Positions 57,097 to 64,000 of a stretch of DNA of 64,000 nt are shown here, piece after piece. Origin of the DNA: Eledone cirrhosa (taxonomy: Eukaryota); the NCBI GenBank assembly GCA_964016885.1, contig OZ024742.1, positions 233,616,001-233,680,000 on the forward strand, read 5' to 3'. The position numbers and the translations under genes were made by a program. Under the pieces are notes generated by a model that saw only the letters and a program-made list of their open reading frames with translations, searched no databases and had not been told where the DNA came from. The first letter of the stretch is position 1. Every line of letters begins with the position of its first letter.

Positions 57097-57312
57097 AATG
57101 GTTTCTTATATAGGCACAAGGCCGGCAATTTCGGGGGACGGGAAAGTCGATTAAATCGACCCCAGTGCGTGACTGGTACTTTATTTTATCGACCCCGTAA
57201 GGATGAAAGGCAAAGTTAACCTCAGCAGGATTTTAACTCAGACCGTAAAGGGCCGTAAAGGGCTGCAAAGCATAGTGTCCGACCCCCTACTGATACTGCC
57301 AATCCATCGCCC
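57097..57312 (-). mobile_element. tRNA-derived SINE, major family, long form
   Basis: Reverse complement of 18-250, including the ggggtcgatttaatcgact segment. Confidence 0.88.
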
Positions 57313-58799
57313 TACTTATTCAAACTAATAATAAACTGAAATTAAACTTAACTGGTTCGCGTGTTTTTATTGACCAAATTCACTTTAGTTTGTAGTTACT
57401 ATATCTCTTTGTGTTCTGAATTCAAATGTGTATCCTTGTGCTAATGTAAAAAGTCTACAAAATAGAAGTAAGCTAAATTTATTTAAAATACCGGATTTTT
57501 CTTTTATTCAGTTTCCAGCAAATGTTTTTAATCAAAACTTTATGAATGTTGAATCATTTTTTTTTTTTTACTGTTATAGATATTAAATTGATATCAATAT
57601 TCGTTTCCTTTCACAATATATCTATTTCTACAGCAGAAGATATTGGAAGTTGTAGCTTTTATAGTTTTCTCAAGAACATTATTGACTTGGTGAAAGTAAA
57701 ATAACTCGGAATTGATGTTAAGTCAATATATTATTTAAAGTTACTGTGAGTGCTCTTTGAAACAACATAGTGAATTGGCAGAGTCGTTAGAATGGTGACT
57801 AGAACGTTTCGTGGTATTTGTACCGGTTCTCTGCTCTTTGAGTTCAAAACCAGCCGAGGTCACTTTTGCCTCTCATTCTTTCTAGGTCGATAAAAAAGAA
57901 CTACTTTAGTGCTGGGATAGATTCTTCATCATTTATTGTAACTAGTCATTACTAAAAAGCGAAAGAGGATAGTCGACTAAGGTAGATTTGAAAATCGAAC
58001 AATTATCAAGTTATATATTGCAAAATATACAGTTCTATAGTTTTCTTGGAAAACTTCCCTGCCTATTTCCCGCTTATAGTTAATGGTTCAGCAGATTTCT
58101 CTGCCTTTCTAATTACGCTTTATTTGGGAAATACTTAGTTTCACCTGAAGAAAATTGTAAAAAAATCAAAATTAATGTCAGCATCTTAAGCTAAATCTTT
58201 AATTTTTGTCTTCAAATTTCATATCACTGGTGAAAATTTAACTTGCTAAGATATCGTATATGAAAAAACGGTTTAACTATCTACGAATATAAATATAGGC
58301 ACGAAGCCATTAAAAAACACTTTTCGACCATAAAATTCGAACTCGCAATTTCTTGCTCGGAAGACAGACACTTTATCCATTATGTCACGTAGCTATCTAT
58401 AAAAACCTGCATAATAAGAGTCTGCTTTATATTGATTTCTTCTCCTTAATTACTTTAAACTAAGTACAATGTCATTTCTTGCAGCTGAGAGTGTGGATAG
58501 TCGATTTTAAATAAAATGTTACCAAATTTTTTATATTTTCTTACTATTCACGATTATCTACATAGAAAAAATCAATAACTGTTTCTCCCTCCACAATATC
58601 TACTGGAATGACTATTTCAACGAATCTCCTTCGCTATCCTCCGGGTTTATTCTGTCCAGTGGGACTATGAGGCGGCATACACCCAGGGTTCTGCACGTCG
58701 AGGGGAGGGGCAGTACAGACGAATGGGTAAGGAAGAGACGAAGCAACCTTTCATCAACTGGTTCATGCTGTTACCTTTGGCCATTACATACATCTTTGA

Positions 58800-59190
58800 T
58801 ATTCAGCAATTGCTCGGCCTCCTCCTATTCGCTGTAGTACTACATCATCAGCGTATAAAATTCAGAGAATTCAGAGAATAACATTAATTTCACGTAAACA
58901 TTAATTGTTCCACCACTTTCTATATGAACATTGTATCCAAGCTCCATTCCACACCCTTCAAGAACGCTTCATCAATGGCGTGTGCTGCAACATTTAGTAT
59001 ATAATCAAAGTAATAATTGAAAATAAAAAGAGATTCCTGTCCGCCTTGTCTACACCCAACAAGATCATCAAACTTAACTTTCTTTTCGCTGATAGATGTT
59101 GTGGTACTTTCATACAACTCCCGTAAGACTGCAATCAAATACTTACGTTGTTCCCATTGAGAGCATTTTAATGAGAATATTTCTTGGTAC
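58800..59190 (-). pseudogene. Non-LTR retrotransposon reverse-transcriptase fragment
   Basis: VGCRQGGQESLFIFNYYFD followed, after a frameshift, by ILYADDVVL (about 58836-58862). Confidence 0.85.
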
Positions 59191-59432
59191 ATGAAATTAA
59201 TGTAAAATCATCAAAGATGTATGTAATGGCCAACTGTAACAACATGAACCAGTCGATGAAACGTTGCTACGCCTCTTCCTTACCTGTTCGTCTGTACTGC
59301 TTCCCACACGTGCAAAACCCTGGGTGTATGCCTTCCATCCTTTCGAGGTCGATAAATAAAGACTAGTCCAATATTGTGGTCAGATCTCTCTCACTTTGTG
59401 CCTGAATTAGAAATCATTATTTCTATTCTGTG

Positions 59433-59618
59433 GGCGGTGGATTGGCAGTATCGGTAGAGGGTCGGACGCCATGCTTTGACGTATAGAGTTACGGCCCTTG
59501 CCATTCTGAGTTCAAATCCCACCGAGGTTAACTTTGCCTTTCATCCTTACGGGGTCGATAAAACAAAGTACCAGTAATGCACTGGGTAATTGCTGGCCTT
59601 GTGCCTAAAGTAGAAACA
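59433..59618 (+). mobile_element. Young SINE with 17-bp target-site duplication, between older SINEs (about 59325-59420 and 59638-59817)
   Basis: attatttctattctgtg at 59416-59432 and 59619-59635; A box tggcagtatcgg, B box gagttcaaatccc. Confidence 0.92.
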
Positions 59619-59921
59619 ATTATTTCTATTCTGTGTAGGGTGGTGGAGTGGTTGAATCATTAGAGCTCCGGACAAAGTGCTTTATAGTGTTTAGTCACGG
59701 CTTCTGAGTTCAAATCGTGTCAAGCTTAACTTTGCCTTTCATACTTCCAGGGTCAATAAAATAAAGTACCAGCCAAAACAAAAAACGCTGGCTTTGTACT
59801 TATATTAGAAACCATTACTTTTTCTATTATAAGCGGTTGCTAGTTCCTCGCTCAATCCTTCCTCCTTTCTAGAAGATATGGCACTGTAAGAGGTTCCTTG
59901 TGACCCTCTTCACGGCAAAAC

Positions 59922-60115
59922 CAAACCTGTCAACTCTCCCTGTCTGACGGGAAGATCTCCCACCCAATTTGGGATGGGTGCGAGATGTTTTCTTTTGTGA
60001 AAATGGGTTTGCTTTCATTATGTAAAATCTCCCCATTTCACCCCGTTTCTCCCCGTTTTGGGGCACTTTTTTTCATGGTACTCCCCGTTTGGGTGTTTAG
60101 AGGTTGGCAGGTCTG
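59922..60115. mobile_element. Small MITE-like element
   Basis: Terminal inverted repeats caaacctgtcaac / gttggcaggtctg with internal ccccg(t)tt subrepeats. Confidence 0.5.
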
Positions 60116-60669
60116 CATATCGTAATCGATTCCACAAGCGACCCTCTACTTCCCTTGTATTTTATCGATGCTGAAGAGTAAGTTGTCTTCGGGTGAGTTA
60201 AGCTCAGAAGACCCGAAACAAATATTGCGTGATAATATATCCAGCCGTTTAACGACTGCCAGTTGCTGCCTTTAGTCGGTGTGCCTAGATAAGAAGTATT
60301 TATAGATATATTTGTATGATTTCTTTAAAGTATGTTCTTTAAAACTTACTTTATGTCTAATAATTATATAATCCTTGTTATTTTATAGTAAAAATATTTA
60401 TTTCATACTTCCTGTTATTAGTTTCAATTAGGATATTGTGGCCATGCTGGCGAAGATCGATTACATGTATATAGCTGATTATAAATTCTTAAAGTGTATG
60501 TGTGTCAATAAGTTTGGTTACCACGAGGATTAAAGAAACTAACGTTTCGGACACAGGTCCTTCGACGGACTTTAGTTGAATCTATTCGCCCAGCACTTCA
60601 CTCTTACTTACTTTTTTTAACCTCGGAAGAATTGCAAATAAAGTCAGACGGTAAATAAACAAAACCAAA

Positions 60670-60868
60670 TATTGATTTCTAATTTAGGTACAAGGCCAGC
60701 ATATTTGACGGAAGGGTAAACTTGACTGATACTTTATTTTATCGACCCAAGAAGGATGAAAGGCAAAGTTGACATCGGCGGAATTTGAACTCAGAATGTA
60801 AAGACTTGGAACAAATACTGCAATGGAATTTTATCCGACGCACTACTAATTCTGTTAATCAACCACCT
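60670..60868 (-). mobile_element. Older SINE of a related family (other degraded copies about 7145-7330, 44350-44460, 57770-57900)
   Basis: tttatcgaccc...aggatgaaaggcaaagttgac...ggaatttgaactcagaa. Confidence 0.75.
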
Positions 60869-60940
60869 TAAACATAACTAATTATTACAAACTGTTTTTC
60901 CCCGTTCTATTGATTCTGCTATTCAAAATCACATGTATAA

Positions 60941-62316
60941 TCTATATATATAAAACTGTGGTTGTCTGTCTGTCTATCGATTTTTGGCACACATCTCCTC
61001 TTAGAATCTCTCACGGAATTGCACCGAAATTGCTATACTTGTACATTGAGCCCTAGCGAAGACATCGGAAAAAAAATATTTCAAATTGACCCGCCCTATC
61101 TGACGAAATCGAATATAATGTATCGATTTTTAGCGTAAGTGATCAGTTATTTCCCTTTGTTCTGTTTACATTGAGCGTCTGCGTGCAAAAATTAAAAAAA
61201 TTACGCTGGCTTTCTCAGCGTTTAAAATGACATTAACACAATAATTTTTACTTGAAAACAAGTCTATTTAAAGACTACGTAAAACAAGCAAATATTTCGT
61301 TATAAAAAGCAAAAATTATATAAGTTTATTTAAAATATATGTATCTGTAAATTTCGTTAGGCGTGCAGTCAGTTTTATATATATAGATGATAAACAATAA
61401 TATCCTCTATGAGGTCACTAAACCTGCTAGAAACAGCAGCTAACTCTCCCTCATATCACACCACTCCCTACTGTCTTAAATTTAGAAAACACATATCCTC
61501 TATGAGGTTACTAAACCTGCTAGAAACAGCAGCTAACTCTCCCTCATATCACACCACTCCCTACTGTCTTAAATTTAGAAAACACATATCCTCTATGAGG
61601 TTACTAAACCTGCTAGAAACAGCAGCTAACTCTCCCCCATATCATACCCCTCCCTACTGTCTTAAATTTAGAAAACATATCTTCTATGAGGTCACTAAAC
61701 CTGCTAGAAACAGCAGCTAACTCTCCCTCATATCACACCCCTCCCTACTGTCTTAAATTTAGAAAACATATCCTCTATGAGGTCACTAAACCTGCTAGAA
61801 ACAGCAGCTAACTCTCCCTCATATCACACCACTCCCTACTGTCTTAAATTTAGAAAACACATATCCTCTATGAGGTCACTAAACCTGCTAGAAACAGCAG
61901 CTAACTCTCCCTCATATCACACCACTCCCTACTGTCTTAAATTTAGAAAACACATATCCTCTATGAGGTCACTAAACCTGCTAGAAACAACAGCTAACTC
62001 TCCCTCATATCACAACTCTCCCTACTGTCTTAAATTTAGAAAACACACAGACAACCATGCAGAACAACTCCATCACAGCTCTGTTGTTCGGCTGGCATCG
62101 TCTACTCGCGTGTTGCGCAAGTACTCTGAAACAATAAATGTCAACACTTTTTTGCACAGAGATAATATCCATAGGCGAAACTACAATTGTCACTGCTGGC
62201 GCAGCTCATGCTTCCAGGTCTGCAATTCATTCACCCAGTGCCTGGCAGACAAAAAAGTGCTGCAACCTAACTTTGGTAACTTAATGACCCCGAGCAACGC
62301 CGGGCTTTAATGCTAG
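60941..62316 (+). mobile_element. Non-autonomous Helitron carrying a tandem array
   Basis: A|TCtatatatataaaactg start; 3' cccgagcaacgccggg hairpin (62289-62304) then CTAG|T. Same termini as 36770-37420, different interior. Confidence 0.85.
61400..62046 (+). repeat. Tandem array, 7 x 91-93 bp
   Basis: Unit starts at 61400, 61493, 61586, 61677, 61768, 61861, 61954 (atatcctctatgaggtcactaaacctgctagaaacagcagc...). Confidence 0.97.
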
Positions 62317-63200
62317 TAACATATACAATAGTTCACTTTTTGTTGTATAACAGGAAATAGCAGAAGCTATTGAAAACGATATCAATTTTCCTTTTATCGG
62401 AAGCGAAGTGAACTTCTTTTGCTAGAATCATTCATACTACTTCCATGTTAATATTTTGAAAACATAAAACCTATCACCACAGATATATCATAACAATCTA
62501 TATGAAATATGCTTTTTCTTCATTGTTTGCGGATACTTAGACATATACCTCATATTAATATAGATTCACAGAAATACTGCTTATTTTTCGCGTTTTAGTG
62601 AGCGTAGTTATATTGCCAAGTATTTATAATTTATTTCTACACTTAATCACTTTAAATAAACTATAAAATCCTCATGAAACAGGCAAGCAGTCTGGTTATT
62701 GCCATCATACTATTTTTCTTCCACGTTCTTTCCTCCGTTCTTTCAAGTTTTACTCTTAACATTATTTCAATTTTCTTCGTGCTTTCGAAATATTTATTTT
62801 GTTTTGTTTTGTTTGTGTCTTAATCCAAAGTGAATATAAAAATTAAATACACAAATGTGGTATTAAAATATCAGAAAATATAATTGTTTATGGAGAAAAG
62901 GTTAATGTAATGACAATATAATTAATTAGTTTCTACCTCAAATATGTTACATTCTACCTCTTCCTAAAATAGGTGACACTCTTCTTGAAATAAATTTTAA
63001 TTTCTATCAGGATTTAATTGTTCATCTATGGGATTCAACAATTAAACTCAATTTATAATTGAACTTCTTATGAAAATATTTTCAACCGCAGGATAAATAT
63101 TAGTCTCTTGCATAACCAAATTATTTGTAAATGAAGCTTCTCGTTTATCAAATAGTGTCGTGTACACTTATCTAACACTTCTATTAATTTGATATTTTAG

Positions 63201-63697
63201 GAGCCCAGTTTCCAGTTGAAGATGAAAACAAAAGAACGAGAACAGCATATACAAGGGGTCAATTACTTGAACTGGAAAAGGAATTCCACTTCAACAAATA
63301 TATTTCCCGGCCACGACGGATTGAATTAGCGGCGATGTTGAACTTAACTGAAAGACACATCAAAATTTGGTTCCAGAATCGCCGTATGAAATGGAAAAAG
63401 GATGAAGCAAAACGCCGACCACGTCCGTTGGCCATGTCACCCAGTAGTAATGTCTCACAGACTAATAGTGTAAGTAATGGTTCACCTTCAACGGGTACCA
63501 ATTCAAGTACATTAAATAGTTGCGGTAGGAACAACACATCATTATCCAACCGCACCAGTAATAACTGTGATGGTAGTCTATCACCCACTTTAGATAGTCC
63601 CCGTAGAATCAAAGGAATCACTGGTTGCAGAGACTCTTCTGATGAGAATGGTATACCATCACCTCAAAGACATTCTGATGGCTATGACAGTAATTAG
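63201..63697 (+). CDS. Xlox: Last coding exon of ParaHox gene Xlox/Pdx (homeodomain 63227-63406 plus Ser/Asn-rich C-terminal tail)
   Basis: Acceptor ttttag ends at 63200. The phase-1 exon reads (G)[73 protein letters not shown]... to TAG at 63695-63697. [18 protein letters not shown] and His44 (TERHIKIW) are diagnostic of Pdx1/Xlox. Confidence 0.96.
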
Positions 63698-63879
63698 TCA
63701 CCAGTATACTTACACAGATTTAAAACAGAACAAAGAAATTTACATTAATATAACCTAAATTTTTATACCCTGTGTTTTTGCGTATATGTATACCTCATGT
63801 ATTTGATGTGCAAAGCCAGGAAAGAATAGCAAAACTTGCAGTTTGTGAACTATACATAGATGCAAACAAATGTATGTTG

Positions 63880-63885
63880 AATAAA
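63880..63885 (+). promoter_or_regulatory. Candidate polyadenylation signal in Xlox 3' UTR
   Basis: AATAAA about 180 nt after the stop codon; could be chance in AT-rich DNA. Confidence 0.3.
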
Positions 63886-64000
63886 TATTAGACATCAGTA
63901 TTTTAAAACATCATCAATCGTTTGCTTACGTATTAATGCTCCGATACATATGTTATAAGAATGGACAAATACTAAGAAAACAACATATATTAGCTAATTG

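Noticed and set aside
59433-59525. tRNA gene from A and B boxes
   Set aside because: It is a SINE head with an expanded A-B spacer and no cloverleaf, and it is multicopy with a shared SINE body.
60540-60575. Hammerhead remnant ccgtcga aggac ctgt gtcc GAAA cgtta (-)
   Set aside because: Core too degraded to call, although stem II and GAAAC are present.
61400-62046. Regular repeats that might suggest a CRISPR array or a repeat protein
   Set aside because: Whole units are near identical with no unique spacers, 91-bp units break the frame, the context is eukaryotic and the array lies inside a Helitron.
63259-63621. 120-aa minus-strand ORF
   Set aside because: Antisense shadow of the Xlox exon.

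Overview
AT-rich, microsatellite-saturated eukaryotic DNA whose repeat content (tRNA-derived SINEs, (TA)n/(CA)n tracts) looks like a coleoid cephalopod, probably an octopus; the taxon is inferred. The only clear host gene is the homeobox exon of the ParaHox gene Xlox/Pdx (63201-63697, +). I could not find its hexapeptide exon, so most of the window is probably one very large intron or upstream region. Nearly all ORF-track entries are microsatellite or satellite artefacts. Recognisable mobile DNA: two non-autonomous Helitrons (one carrying a 7 x 93-bp array), mariner derivatives, CR1 and other LINE fragments, many SINEs, a Penelope-like (PLE) ORF fragment and a 10.4-kb 25-bp satellite with higher-order structure. 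The most unusual signal is a dense set of short non-coding elements from at least a dozen unrelated sequence families, mostly between about 2 kb and 36 kb and again at 56 kb. They sit in or beside (TA)n tracts, are often long palindromes, and most carry a type I hammerhead ribozyme motif (CUGANGA...GAAA...UH with stems I-III). Several hammerheads are complete and one family shows compensatory base changes. This looks like a (TA)n-targeting, ribozyme-bearing, PLE-derived or retrozyme-like retroelement system. All structures were folded by eye and coordinates are good to a few bases.
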